Below, piece by piece: positions 22,723-32,641 of a DNA stretch of 64,000 nt (position 1 is its first letter; the number at the start of each line of letters is the position of its first letter). The stretch spans positions 4,128,001-4,192,000 of the forward strand of contig OZ241875.1 of NCBI GenBank assembly GCA_965203325.1, written 5' to 3'. The stretch comes from a bacterium. GTDB lineage: Bacteria; UBA8248. Under the pieces are notes generated by a model, which searched no databases, was not told the origin of the DNA, and worked only from the letters and a program-made list of their open reading frames with translations. The position numbers were made by a program, and so were the translations under genes.

Positions 22723-25056
22723 TTACTCAAAAGGCAAAGGCGCCCATGAACGACTTCTCCGAAATCCGCCTTCTCGTAAAACATTTCTTCCGCGTGTGGA
22801 ACCCAAGGCTCTTTCGCCTTCGAGAAGGCCGACAAGGCTGAAACCGACATAAACTTCGTTTTTCTCCTTTGTGTCAGTGAACGTGAGTTCCACGCCCCAA
22901 CAGCAATCGAGGTAGCGCGCCGTAATGCTTTGCTCCAGCGTGGTCTTTTGGGTTTTGTTCAAACGCGTGATGTATTCGAGAGAAAGGTGCTGGTTGATCG
23001 AGAACCCTCCCCCGAAATTCAGATGACTACCCCCTGCATTGACCGGGTAGTTTCCATTTTGGCGCGTCCAAGTCCGCTCGAGATTGAGATACCACTTCTT
23101 CCCGCCGTCGACAAAGACACCTGTGGAGTGTTCGCTGATTTCCAGGTCATAGGGGTTGTATTTGAATTGTTGTAGCAGGCGAAGCTTGGAGAAGGGCTGC
23201 GATTCGAGACGGAAAGTGATGTCGCTCAAAGGACGTTTCGGTTTCGTGTCCAGATATTCATTCCTTCGTGCTTCGACGAGATCATAAATCTGGCTGATTC
23301 GGTAGCGAAACAACGGTCTTGTCTGAAACCCGTCTTTTATGGGTAGTTTCGTCAATACACGGTTCACGATGGCGTATTCGATGGCATGTTCATGCTGAAG
23401 AGTGTCCACCATATCCAGAGGGAGGATCAGGCTTCTGTCGTACGCGTCGTTGTTCGGGCTGTATTGATACATCGCTTCAAATGAGAGGATGTGCTTAAAA
23501 TCCCGGAAGGGACCGAGTTCGCCTTGGTAGACCTTGCTATATCGCGGGCCAATTGCATGAAGCTTCGCAAACCACATTTCACGTGACAGATCGGATTCCA
23601 CATGTTGCGTATCATCGAAATATGAACCTGCGCCCGGCTCTGTTCTTTGATGCGTCCAGTGGGTCCTGCGGAATCCGATTTCGGGTGTCAGGCCAAGCCA
23701 GGGGACAGTCTCCAAACGAAGCGATACAGATGGTTCGACGTGAAAACGACTCAACCGGAGCGTGTTGTCGTTCTCCGTTTTTCTGAAATTGGTGAAAGAG
23801 GAATCCAAGTTGAAGTAAAAATCGCTTTTCCCGAAACGTTTGTTGTGGATGTCAAGAATCACTTCCGGCGCTTTTTCGAATAACTGCCCATCTTCTTCGC
23901 CCAAGCCTTCGCGTCTTCTCATTCCTAGTTGAAGCTGCCCGGCAATCTTGGGGAAATTTTGCGTGAAAGTGACGTGAGTATCCGTGTCCTGACGCGTGCG
24001 AGTCAGTAAATCGCCTTCAAGGGAGCGATCGTTCGGCGGGCGTTTTTGCAAATCGATTACGGCGTGCAAATTGGCGCCTAAGTCCTTGAAATTCATGCGG
24101 TGGGCGCCCTTGACGTCCCAAAAGGCCACACGCTCGATTTTGTCTTTCAGGTAGCGGCCCGCTATCTGTCCCGAGGTATTTCGATTTGGTGTGTAGCGGT
24201 ACTCTCCTTTGTAGCGGGTGCCGCGCTTGGTGAAATAATCGACCCCGAAGGTGGCGTCCGTCGAATCGTTGATGGCCCAGAAAAATGAAGGGGAAAACTG
24301 AAAGCCGCTTCGACTGCTCGAACCGATGCCCGGCAGGAGGAAGCCGGTGGCTCTTTTTGTTTTTATCGGCACCATCGCCCAGGGGAAAAATGCCGCCGGC
24401 ACGCCTTTCACCGTCATGGTGGGGGCTTCTAGTTGAGCATAGCCCTCGATCTGGAAGGTCGCCCGCTCGAAGCCGAAAGCCCAGTCTGGAAGATCTCCTT
24501 CGCACGTTGTGAAAGTGCCCCCCTGGACTTCGTACCGATCTTCTGCCAAGCGCCGAATCACGCGTCCCGTCACATAATATGTGGTGCCGATGATGCCGCG
24601 CGCGTTGAACACGACCATCCGTTCGGTATCGAGATTAAACTCGATGCGGTTGGCAACGATGCGGTCATTCGTGGTTTGAAAAACAATGTTTCCAGAGGCG
24701 ACGCCGTCGCGCGTCGATGTTTGCACCTCGATATGGTCTGCTCGGATTCTTTTGCCTAAATACTGAATGTCCGCAGAGCCGCGGCCGATAATTCGTTGTC
24801 GCTCCCGATCTTCTCGTATCTCATCGGCCGTGATGGCGATGGCGGCTTCGGGTTCTCTTAAGAACTTCAGGCCCTCGTCGCTTCTTATAGACGGAGTGGG
24901 TGGGACTTGGGCTTGCATACCGCTCTTTGGCTGCGCTTGCGGGCAAGGGGGTGTCCAGAAAAGTACGAAAGAGAAAATGATGATTGATGAGGAAAACCCA
25001 TTTGTTTTCAGAAAGGTGAATTTTGAATTATTTGACACGAAAATTCTCATCATCAC
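22723..25056 (-). CDS. lptD: LPS-assembly protein LptD
   Basis: OstA-like N domain, FTTC...PDW, RATGFLLP, beta-barrel with YxxCCW near C-terminus. Confidence 0.85.
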   Translation of the reverse strand: MMMRIFVSNNSKFTFLKTNGFSSSIIIFSFVLFWTPPCPQAQPKSGMQAQVPPTPSIRSDEGLKFLREPEAAIAITADEIREDRERQRIIGRGSADIQYLGKRIRADHIEVQTSTRDGVASGNIVFQTTNDRIVANRIEFNLDTERMVVFNARGIIGTTYYVTGRVIRRLAEDRYEVQGGTFTTCEGDLPDWAFGFERATFQIEGYAQLEAPTMTVKGVPAAFFPWAMVPIKTKRATGFLLPGIGSSSRSGFQFSPSFFWAINDSTDATFGVDYFTKRGTRYKGEYRYTPNRNTSGQIAGRYLKDKIERVAFWDVKGAHRMNFKDLGANLHAVIDLQKRPPNDRSLEGDLLTRTRQDTDTHVTFTQNFPKIAGQLQLGMRRREGLGEEDGQLFEKAPEVILDIHNKRFGKSDFYFNLDSSFTNFRKTENDNTLRLSRFHVEPSVSLRLETVPWLGLTPEIGFRRTHWTHQRTEPGAGSYFDDTQHVESDLSREMWFAKLHAIGPRYSKVYQGELGPFRDFKHILSFEAMYQYSPNNDAYDRSLILPLDMVDTLQHEHAIEYAIVNRVLTKLPIKDGFQTRPLFRYRISQIYDLVEARRNEYLDTKPKRPLSDITFRLESQPFSKLRLLQQFKYNPYDLEISEHSTGVFVDGGKKWYLNLERTWTRQNGNYPVNAGGSHLNFGGGFSINQHLSLEYITRLNKTQKTTLEQSITARYLDCCWGVELTFTDTKEKNEVYVGFSLVGLLEGERALGSTRGRNVLREGGFRRSRSWAPLPFE

Positions 25057-25219
25057 GATTTGTTAAGAACTATCTCTAACTTCGGATGAGCCGGGTTTTC
25101 AAAAACGGTTTTGAATCAGAATTGATTATGAATACTATTCGAAGAGATCGCAATCGAGGGGAATAGGCGGTTCATCATTCGAGCCATTTCTAGCGGCATG
25201 AGACGCGCCTAAAGGCGGA

Positions 25220-26080
25220 TCATGAAGATTCCGAGTGGGTTTCTTCAAAGTTTTCGGGAGTGCTCTCTCGTTTGGTTCTCCGCCATCTCGTTATCATTCC
25301 ATAGGGACCGGATGCGGCGTAGCCAACAAAAGCCAGACAGGCAACTACCTGAGGAATCGCCGCCGCCACGAAAAGAGCCAACACCGCGCCGACGAGGACG
25401 CGGAATGGTCTCCTGAGCGGTCCGCTTAAATCCTTGAAACTCTTGTATCGAATGGTGCTTACCATCAGGAATGCAAGAACGTAGCTGAGCGCCGCGATGA
25501 GGATAAGGGGGACATGGGTCTTAATCGAAAAGTCTTCAACCAAATATACGATGGATGCTAAAACACCCGCCGCCCCGGGTATCGGCAGTCCCCGAAAATC
25601 CATGGGACCGCTGCCCGCTTGCGCCAGCACGTTGAAGCGCGCCAGCCTCAGGGCGCCGCAAGCGGCGAATATGAACGTGGCCAGCCAGCCGATTCTGCCG
25701 TAAGGAGCGAGGAGCCAAGTATATATCAAAACGGCCGGCGCGATACCAAAGGCCGTCAGGTCGCACAACGAGTCGTACTGAAGGCCAAAAGAACTGGTGC
25801 TCTTCGTCAACCGGGCGACTGTGCCGTCGAGCCCATCTAAAACGATGGCCAATAATATGGCCAGCGAGGCCCAGGTGAAGTCTCCCTGGATGGAAGCGAC
25901 AATCGCATAGAAACCGGCAAAAAGACTGCCTGTTGTCAGCAGGTTGGGAACCAGGAATATCCCTCGTTGAAAGGAACGCCTTCCGGAGCGGCGTCTTCTC
26001 CTGCGTGAACGACGACCAAATTTATTCCGCGGCTGTCTGGTGGTTTGTTCGTCCAACGATGGTTTCTCCTCCGCGAACAC
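25220..26080 (-). CDS. pssA: CDP-diacylglycerol--serine O-phosphatidyltransferase
   Basis: PNLLT, DGLDGTVAR...FG.QYDSLCD, ALRLARFN, FRGLPIP; start uncertain. Confidence 0.93.
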   Translation of the reverse strand: MFAEEKPSLDEQTTRQPRNKFGRRSRRRRRRSGRRSFQRGIFLVPNLLTTGSLFAGFYAIVASIQGDFTWASLAILLAIVLDGLDGTVARLTKSTSSFGLQYDSLCDLTAFGIAPAVLIYTWLLAPYGRIGWLATFIFAACGALRLARFNVLAQAGSGPMDFRGLPIPGAAGVLASIVYLVEDFSIKTHVPLILIAALSYVLAFLMVSTIRYKSFKDLSGPLRRPFRVLVGAVLALFVAAAIPQVVACLAFVGYAASGPYGMITRWRRTKRESTPENFEETHSESS

Positions 26081-26678
26081 GCTGCCCCTGTTCTACGGAT
26101 ATATCATATCCTGACGGAAAATATAGGTCCGTACGCGAGCCGAACTGAATCAGCCCGAATCGCTCTCCCGCCCTTATCGTATCGCCCTCCTTGGGCCAGC
26201 AGATGATGCGTCGTGCCAAAACGCCGGCGATTTGAATGACTTTGAAATTATCGCCTGAGTTTGTCTTGATTTCCAGAGTGTTTTGTTCATTGATGTTCGA
26301 GGCGGCTTCTTTGTATGCAGCCAGGAAACGGCCTTTTTTATAATGGATGCTCGATATTCTCCCCTCCACGGGGGATCGGTTGATATGAACGTCCAGGGGA
26401 GAGAGGAAAATCCGGACCACACTTCCGCCATCTTTGGCGGAGGCGATCTCCACGACCCGGCCATCAGCCGGAGATAAGACGACGCCCGGTTCATCAGGCG
26501 GGGTGCGATCAGGGTCTCTGAAAAAACCGGCTACAGCCGCGGCCACAAGAAAAGAAATGGTTGCCCACATCCATCCCCCGAAAAGGAGCGAGATGAGGCC
26601 GATGGCCGATAAACCCGAAATATAGGCCCAACCTTCCCTGGCAATAAATGGCCTGTTGGAGGGGCCTTTTTCACTCAT
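26022..26678 (-). CDS. psd: Phosphatidylserine decarboxylase proenzyme
   Basis: FFRDPDR, SPADG, DVHINRSP, QFGSRTD cleavage site. Confidence 0.95.
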   Translation of the reverse strand: MSEKGPSNRPFIAREGWAYISGLSAIGLISLLFGGWMWATISFLVAAAVAGFFRDPDRTPPDEPGVVLSPADGRVVEIASAKDGGSVVRIFLSPLDVHINRSPVEGRISSIHYKKGRFLAAYKEAASNINEQNTLEIKTNSGDNFKVIQIAGVLARRIICWPKEGDTIRAGERFGLIQFGSRTDLYFPSGYDISVEQGQRVRGGETIVGRTNHQTAAE

Positions 26679-26681
26679 GGG

Positions 26682-27212
26682 TTAATTTTTAGAACCCTTA
26701 AGAGTTTTGCCCCCACGGGTGAGGGCGACCTTGCCTGTGCGGGCGATTTCTTTGATGCCGAATGGTTGGAGTAAATTCAAAATGGCGTGAATCTTCCCTT
26801 CATCGCCTGTGACTTCAACGGTAATGGTATCTGTAGACACATCGACGACGCGGCCCCGGAAAACGTCGATGATTTGAAAAATCTCCGGCCGCGCGGCTTT
26901 CGGAGCCGAAATCTTGATGAGAATCATCTCTCGTTCGACGCTGTCCGTCTCACCCATGTCCATTACCTTGAAGGTGTCGATGAGCTTGCTGAGGTGTTTT
27001 CTGATCTGCTCGAGAATTTTTGCATCTCCGCGCGTGACGAGAGTGATTCGGGATACGCTCGGGTCCTGCGTTACCCCCACGCAAAGGCTGTCGATGTTGT
27101 AGCCTCGGGCGCTGAACAGACTTGCCACCTTGGCGAGAACGCCGAATTTGTTCTCCACCAAAACCGCTATCGTATGTGTATCATCCTTGGTGTTGTTGGA
27201 ATCTCTGGACAT
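26682..27212 (-). CDS. ilvN: Acetolactate synthase small subunit (copy 2)
   Basis: ACT domain VENKFGVL...RGYNIDSL, EIARTG; ATG overlaps upstream stop (TAATG). Confidence 0.93.
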   Translation of the reverse strand: MSRDSNNTKDDTHTIAVLVENKFGVLAKVASLFSARGYNIDSLCVGVTQDPSVSRITLVTRGDAKILEQIRKHLSKLIDTFKVMDMGETDSVEREMILIKISAPKAARPEIFQIIDVFRGRVVDVSTDTITVEVTGDEGKIHAILNLLQPFGIKEIARTGKVALTRGGKTLKGSKN

Positions 27213-27715
27213 TATGCGATGGGCTCCCAATCGTCGGGCATGCCGTCGTAGGGCAGCGAAATCATACCCGTGCGCGCCATCTGCGAAATTCCGTAGCCTT
27301 CGAATGCCTTGAGGAGAGTTCTGACCTTATGATCGTTTCCGCTCGCTTCGAGCGTCACAGTGTCATCGGTCATATTAATTACCTGAGCACCGAAGGCGTT
27401 GGCGAGTTGTATGATTTCACTTCTTTTGTTGATGGGTGCTTCGATTGTCGCGAGAACGAGTTCGCGCGTGACGGCTTGGTTATAAGAGATTTGCTCGACT
27501 TCCCGCACGTCGTAGAGCTTGCGGAGTTGTTTGGCGATCTGGTCGAGTTCGTTTTCTTCACCGATGGCGACGATGACGATGCGCGTAATTGTGGCATCCT
27601 CCGTCGGTCCGGCGGCGATGCTTTCGATGTTGTATCCACGGCGCGTGAAAAGGCCCGCTACGTGGGAAAGTACGCCCGCGTGGTTATTGACGAGAATGGA
27701 ATAGACTTGTCTCAT
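27212..27715 (-). CDS. ilvN: Acetolactate synthase small subunit (copy 1)
   Basis: VNNHAGVL...RRGYNIESI, QMARTG. Confidence 0.92.
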   Translation of the reverse strand: MRQVYSILVNNHAGVLSHVAGLFTRRGYNIESIAAGPTEDATITRIVIVAIGEENELDQIAKQLRKLYDVREVEQISYNQAVTRELVLATIEAPINKRSEIIQLANAFGAQVINMTDDTVTLEASGNDHKVRTLLKAFEGYGISQMARTGMISLPYDGMPDDWEPIA

Positions 27716-29406
27716 GATTTGGCTTCTCTGGAGGGAGGAGCGAGTTGCATCTCATCGTTTCCGGCGCCGGCGGGAACCATGGGCCAGACGTTTTCCTCCT
27801 TGTTGACTAAGAAATTCAACACTACTGGCCCATCATGCTCGGCCGCCGTCTCGAGGGAATTCCGTACTTCGTTCACGTCAGTGATGTTGATGCCCTTTAC
27901 GCCATAGCCCTCTGCGATCATGCCGAAATCGGGATTTTCCGGATAGTGCGAGTGCGAGTAGCGTTTATCGAAGAACAGTTCCTGCCACTGGCGCACCATC
28001 CCCAGGTAAGCATTGTTCAGGATGGCGACTTTGACGGGGACGTTATAGGTCGCCGCTGTAGCGAGTTCGACGAGTGTCATCGCGAAACTGCCGTCGCCGT
28101 CGATTAGCCAAACATCTTTATCTGGACGGGCGAATTTCGCGCCGATGGCGGCGGGAAGGCCAAAACCCATCGTCCCGAGACCGCCGGAAGTCACCCAGGT
28201 CTTGGGTTCGTTGAAGCGGATGAACTGTGCTGCCCACATTTGATGCTGCCCCACACCGGTCACATAAATGCCGTTGCCTTCGGTAATTTCCTGAATTTGA
28301 TCGATCACGTACTGAGGTTTGATAGAGCCGTCCCAGTCATACTGGAGGGGATAGTTCGTCTTCCAATCCGTCCAGGTTTGTCGCCACTCATCGTAATCCC
28401 CGGGCGTTAGATGCTCATTGAGCGTAATCAGCACGTCCCGTACATTCCCGAGAATCGGAATGTGCGTGTGCACTCGTTTATCGATCTCGGCGTCGTCGAT
28501 GTCGACATGCGCGATGGTCGCGTTAGGGCAAAAGCTCGACACCTTACCCGTCACGCGGTCGTCGAAACGGGCGCCGAGGTTGATGAGCAAATCGCATTCA
28601 CACAGAGCAAAATTCGCATAGGCCGTGCCGTGCATCCCCGGCATACCGAGGAAAAGCTCGTCCGTGCCCGGGAATCCCCCGAGACCCAACAATGTGTTGA
28701 TCACCGGGATGCCCGCCGCTTTTGCGAATTTCGCGAGTTCCTCAGACGCCCCGGACTTGATGATGCCGGCGCCGCCGATGATGACGGGCCGCTCGGCCCG
28801 TTCGATGGCTTCGATCAGTTTCTCGATTCCCTCCATATCGAGTTCGGGATATTCCCTGATAGCCGGAAGAGGGGATTCAGAGGATTCTCGCGGCGCGTAT
28901 TCCGCCTTGGTGATCTGGATATCTTTGGGGAAATCGAGCAAAACGGGGCCGGGCCGGCCTGTCGTCGCCATGCGAATCGCTTCTCGCGTAACGTGTTGAA
29001 TCTCGTTGACGTCTTTAATGAGCCAGTTGAATTTCGTGACCGGAATGGAGCAGCCGTACACGTCGGCTTCCTGGAAGGCGTCGGTGCCAATCATGTTGGT
29101 AGCCACTTGGCCCGTGATGGCGATGAGCGGCACGGAATCCATCTGCGCATTGGCGAGTCCGGTGATGAGGTTCGTGGCTCCGGGGCCTGAAGTCGTGACG
29201 ACGATGGCGACTTTACCACTCACGCGCGCGTATCCATCCGCCATGTGTGCCGCACCCTGCTCGTGACGGGTGAGGATGTGCGGAAAATCCGCCTTCAGCA
29301 GTTCATCGTAAAACGGCATAATGGCGCCGCCTGGTATGCCGAAGGCCATCTCGATGCCTGCCGCTTTTAACTCTTCAATCATAATTTGCGAGCCATTGAG
29401 CTCCAC
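27712..29406 (-). CDS. ilvB: Acetolactate synthase large subunit (copy 2)
   Basis: FGIPGGAI, RHEQ, TSGPGATN, GDGSF...NN ThDP motif, MVRQWQ. Confidence 0.95.
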   Translation of the reverse strand: MELNGSQIMIEELKAAGIEMAFGIPGGAIMPFYDELLKADFPHILTRHEQGAAHMADGYARVSGKVAIVVTTSGPGATNLITGLANAQMDSVPLIAITGQVATNMIGTDAFQEADVYGCSIPVTKFNWLIKDVNEIQHVTREAIRMATTGRPGPVLLDFPKDIQITKAEYAPRESSESPLPAIREYPELDMEGIEKLIEAIERAERPVIIGGAGIIKSGASEELAKFAKAAGIPVINTLLGLGGFPGTDELFLGMPGMHGTAYANFALCECDLLINLGARFDDRVTGKVSSFCPNATIAHVDIDDAEIDKRVHTHIPILGNVRDVLITLNEHLTPGDYDEWRQTWTDWKTNYPLQYDWDGSIKPQYVIDQIQEITEGNGIYVTGVGQHQMWAAQFIRFNEPKTWVTSGGLGTMGFGLPAAIGAKFARPDKDVWLIDGDGSFAMTLVELATAATYNVPVKVAILNNAYLGMVRQWQELFFDKRYSHSHYPENPDFGMIAEGYGVKGINITDVNEVRNSLETAAEHDGPVVLNFLVNKEENVWPMVPAGAGNDEMQLAPPSREAKS

Positions 29407-29418
29407 GGATGAAACCTC

Positions 29419-31203
29419 CTAGTTATCGGGCAATGCGCTGAGCTTGCCTCGAAGGACTTTTTTCCGGCTGTCCCGAACAATCATGTCTTTTGTCGCGCCG
29501 CCCGCGGGTACCATCGGAAAAACCAACTCATCGGGGTCGACGATCACGTCCAGAATGTAGGGTCCCGGCGTGGTGATCATTTCCTGGATGGCGGGTCTCA
29601 ATTCTTCTTTGTCCACAATCCGTCGACCACTGGCGCCGAATGCCTCCGCGAGCTTGACGTAATCGGGCGAAGAGTCGAAATCCACTTCGCTGAATCGCCT
29701 GTCCATGAACAAATCTTGCCATTGGCGAACCATGCCCAGTGTAGCGTTATTCAACAAAAAGACTTTTACGGGAATTCCATACTGAACAGCGGTGGCGACT
29801 TCTTGCATCACCATCTGAAAACTACCGTCTCCCGCAATATCGATCGCCAGCTTGTCTGGCCTCGCAAGCGCCACGCCGATGGCCGCGGGAAAGCCGAAGC
29901 CCATAGTTCCGAGGCCGCCGGATGAAATGAACTGACGCGGGAAGGTGAAATTGTAAAATTGAGCGGCCCACATCTGGTGTTGTCCTACCTCGGTAGTGAT
30001 GATCGCCTTATCGCCCACTTCCTCACTTAAGGCGACAATGGCCTCTTGCGGCTTGATCGGCGCACCCTCGGGGGAGTCGAACGTGAGCGGGTATTCCGTT
30101 CTCAGGTTCTGGAACCGCTTTTTCCATAAAGCGCGTTTTTGAGGCTTGACGAGTTTATTGACTTCGGCGAGCACCAGGCGGGCGTCGCCGACAACGGGGA
30201 TATCCGCAGCTTTGTTCTTTCCAATGGCCGTGGGGTCTATATCGATATGGATGATTTTCGCCCGGGTCGCGAATTCCGAGACCTTTCCGGTGACGCGGTC
30301 GTCAAACCTTGCGCCGACGGCGATGAGCAAGTCACATTCCATGGTCGCGTAGTTGGCGTATGCCGTCCCGTGCATGCCGAGCATGCCCAATGAGAGTTCA
30401 TGGGCGCTGGGGAAAGCACCTGCTCCCAAAAGCGTATAAGTGACAGGAATCTCCGCCGTTTCCGCGAGTTTCAGGATTTCCTGATGCGCTTCCGAATGGA
30501 TGGCGCCACCGCCCACGTAGAGCAGGGGCTGTTTGGATTCTTTAATGGCTTCGGCTACGCGCTGAATTTGCCTGGGGTGACCTTTTGTCGTGGGCTTGTA
30601 GCCGCGCAAATCCACTTTCTCCGGCACCTGGTAGTGTCCATCGCCGAGAAGGACGTCTTTGGGCAAATCGACGAGTACCGGGCCGGGCCTTCCTGTGCGT
30701 GCGATGTAGAAAGCCTCTTGGATCGTTTCGGCGAGTTCATCTGTGCTCTTGACCAGATAGCTGTGCTTGGTGACGGTTCTTGTCATGCCCACGATGTCGG
30801 CTTCCTGGAAGGCGTCGTTGCCCACCATCGTAGTGGCAACTTGTCCAGTGAGGCATACGATGGGAATGGAATCCATGTAGGCATCCGTGATGCCCGTTAT
30901 GAGATTCGTGGCACCTGGGCCGGAGGTGGTAAGACATACGCCGACCTCACCGCTGGCGCGGGCATATCCCTCGGCCATATGCGCTGCGCACTGTTCGTGT
31001 CTAATGAGTAAATGCTTGATTTTGCTTCTTTCGAGGAACAGATCCAAGAGCGTGAGGAGTATGGCACCCGGATGCCCGAAAACGTACTTTACACCCTCAC
31101 GCTCAAGGCTGCGGTAAATAATCTCGGCCCCTGAGATTTTCTTGGGCTTTAGTTTTGCAGGTTGTTTTGTAGTTTGACTTCTTGTCTTGGTCGCCACGGC
31201 CAT
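29419..31203 (-). CDS. ilvB: Acetolactate synthase large subunit (copy 1)
   Basis: RHEQ, TSGPGATN, AFQEAD, GDGSF...NN, MVRQWQ. Confidence 0.95.
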   Translation of the reverse strand: MAVATKTRSQTTKQPAKLKPKKISGAEIIYRSLEREGVKYVFGHPGAILLTLLDLFLERSKIKHLLIRHEQCAAHMAEGYARASGEVGVCLTTSGPGATNLITGITDAYMDSIPIVCLTGQVATTMVGNDAFQEADIVGMTRTVTKHSYLVKSTDELAETIQEAFYIARTGRPGPVLVDLPKDVLLGDGHYQVPEKVDLRGYKPTTKGHPRQIQRVAEAIKESKQPLLYVGGGAIHSEAHQEILKLAETAEIPVTYTLLGAGAFPSAHELSLGMLGMHGTAYANYATMECDLLIAVGARFDDRVTGKVSEFATRAKIIHIDIDPTAIGKNKAADIPVVGDARLVLAEVNKLVKPQKRALWKKRFQNLRTEYPLTFDSPEGAPIKPQEAIVALSEEVGDKAIITTEVGQHQMWAAQFYNFTFPRQFISSGGLGTMGFGFPAAIGVALARPDKLAIDIAGDGSFQMVMQEVATAVQYGIPVKVFLLNNATLGMVRQWQDLFMDRRFSEVDFDSSPDYVKLAEAFGASGRRIVDKEELRPAIQEMITTPGPYILDVIVDPDELVFPMVPAGGATKDMIVRDSRKKVLRGKLSALPDN

Positions 31204-31209
31204 TTCCTC

Positions 31210-31317
31210 TCAGCCAGTAGAACTTGCTCTCTCGCTGGCAATGATGTTGATCCGAAAAACGCCGATGATGCCGGCGGTCGTTAAGCAGAAATCAGGGGAC
31301 GGCGCACGAGGGCACAC
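31210..31317 (-). CDS. Putative ilv leader peptide (35 aa, Ile-rich)
   Basis: GTG after AAGAAGGGG; MCPRAPSPDFCLTTAGIIGVFRINIIASERASSTG; stop abuts ilvB RBS. Confidence 0.45.
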   Translation of the reverse strand: MCPRAPSPDFCLTTAGIIGVFRINIIASERASSTG

Positions 31318-31472
31318 CGCCCCCTTCTTACGCCAGACTCCTTATTCCACAACATCTTTTTCGGACCCATATGGCCGTCTTCCATAATAATTCGTGCGCC
31401 AAAACCCTGAATACGTCTCGGGAAATGCTCGGGTAGATGATCTGCCCTAATTTCTCAAGTACACGACGCGTG

Positions 31473-31502
31473 ATATTACTGCATGTTTTTCGTTCTGGTC
31501 AA
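31473..31502 (-). promoter_or_regulatory. Candidate sigma70 promoter of ilv operon
   Basis: TTGACC-N18-TAATAT, implying a ~260-nt leader. Confidence 0.6.
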
Positions 31503-31568
31503 GGATGAAAACATAAAATCTTTTATTTCAAGGTTCTAGCGTTCCTCAGTGAGCGAAACGCCGATCTT

Positions 31569-31775
31569 TCAACTCTTCTCCATCGTTTCCAGTTGAGTCT
31601 TGATAGCGAGCTTTTCTTTTTTGAGTTGTTTTATCTGCTGTTGTTCTTCCGGGGATGGAAACCGAATTTCTTCGAGCGCGAGAATCTTTTCATCCAAAAC
31701 GGAATGTTCTTTTTTCAAGAGTGCGAGTTCCTCGCCTACATTCAAAGTTTCTTCCACTTTTTCAGTTGCTTCCAA
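31569..31775 (-). CDS. DUF465/YdcH-family small coiled-coil protein
   Basis: EH..LD..I...LKKEKL.IK pattern. Confidence 0.8.
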   Translation of the reverse strand: MEATEKVEETLNVGEELALLKKEHSVLDEKILALEEIRFPSPEEQQQIKQLKKEKLAIKTQLETMEKS

Positions 31776-31882
31776 TGAAAAATCTCCTTTCAGGTATCCA
31801 TGGTGAAAATTTCAGGTTCTCATTTGTGGTTGTAATCGTGTCTTTGAATAATCGTTTAATCTACGAAATCTTGACCTCGGGA

Positions 31883-32626
31883 TCAACTCTGCGAATCGGG
31901 CCATTTGGTTTGCGCCTGTGATTTTCGGCAATAATTCAGAAATATGTTGGCGCTGTGCGGGGGTGTTCGGTTTTCGAGTGCCCTGTGGGTTAACCATGCG
32001 GTCGCAATGGCCGAGGAATCCACTTCATGGTGCCTGATCGATCCTTGTGAAGTTTCCAAAGCGAAGTTCTGGGGCAATTCCTCTTTTTTCCCAGCGAGTA
32101 AAATGCCGCCATCCTCCGGGAGACGGAGTTCCTTGGAGGCGATGATTCCATCCTCCCAGAGGCGGGAGAGGGTATTTCCTGTGGATGATTGGGGGTTTGC
32201 GGATACTTGAAACAACCCGGTGAACAATTCCCCGTATCTGGCGTCTCGATAGGGAAGAATGTAATCGGGCAGACTGCGGCCCGCGCGCATTTCATCCAAA
32301 AGCGCGGCCGTCGCCAGGGTTTCCAAAGATGAAAACCCATAGAGCGGGCAGCCCCAGCCCAGTGAAAGCCCTTTTGCGCAAGAAAGTCCCACCCGCAAGC
32401 CGGTGAAAGTTCCCGGGCCGATGCTCACCCCGATGGCCCGGATCATGTCGGCGCGAAGGTTTCTTGAATTTAGAAGTCGCTTCACCTGGGGCAACAGCGT
32501 CTTCGAAATCCGAACGTCACCCGAGAGAAGCGTCTCTTCCTCGGTGGTTCCCGTTGAGTAAAGAAATGAGCACTTCCCATTCGGTGTCGAAGTATCGAAA
32601 GCCAGGATATAGCGGGGTTCATCCAT
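31883..32626 (-). CDS. tsaB: tRNA t6A biosynthesis protein TsaB
   Basis: LAFDTST, GPGTFTGLRVG, DAR motif. Confidence 0.9.
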   Translation of the reverse strand: MDEPRYILAFDTSTPNGKCSFLYSTGTTEEETLLSGDVRISKTLLPQVKRLLNSRNLRADMIRAIGVSIGPGTFTGLRVGLSCAKGLSLGWGCPLYGFSSLETLATAALLDEMRAGRSLPDYILPYRDARYGELFTGLFQVSANPQSSTGNTLSRLWEDGIIASKELRLPEDGGILLAGKKEELPQNFALETSQGSIRHHEVDSSAIATAWLTHRALENRTPPHSANIFLNYCRKSQAQTKWPDSQS

Positions 32627-32641
32627 GCAGGTCCAAGCCCC

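Noticed and set aside
31281..31385. Alternative 34-aa uORF (MEDGHMGPKK...) in the ilvB leader
   Set aside because: No clustered Ile/Leu/Val codons and no clear RBS; the GTG uORF is the better candidate.
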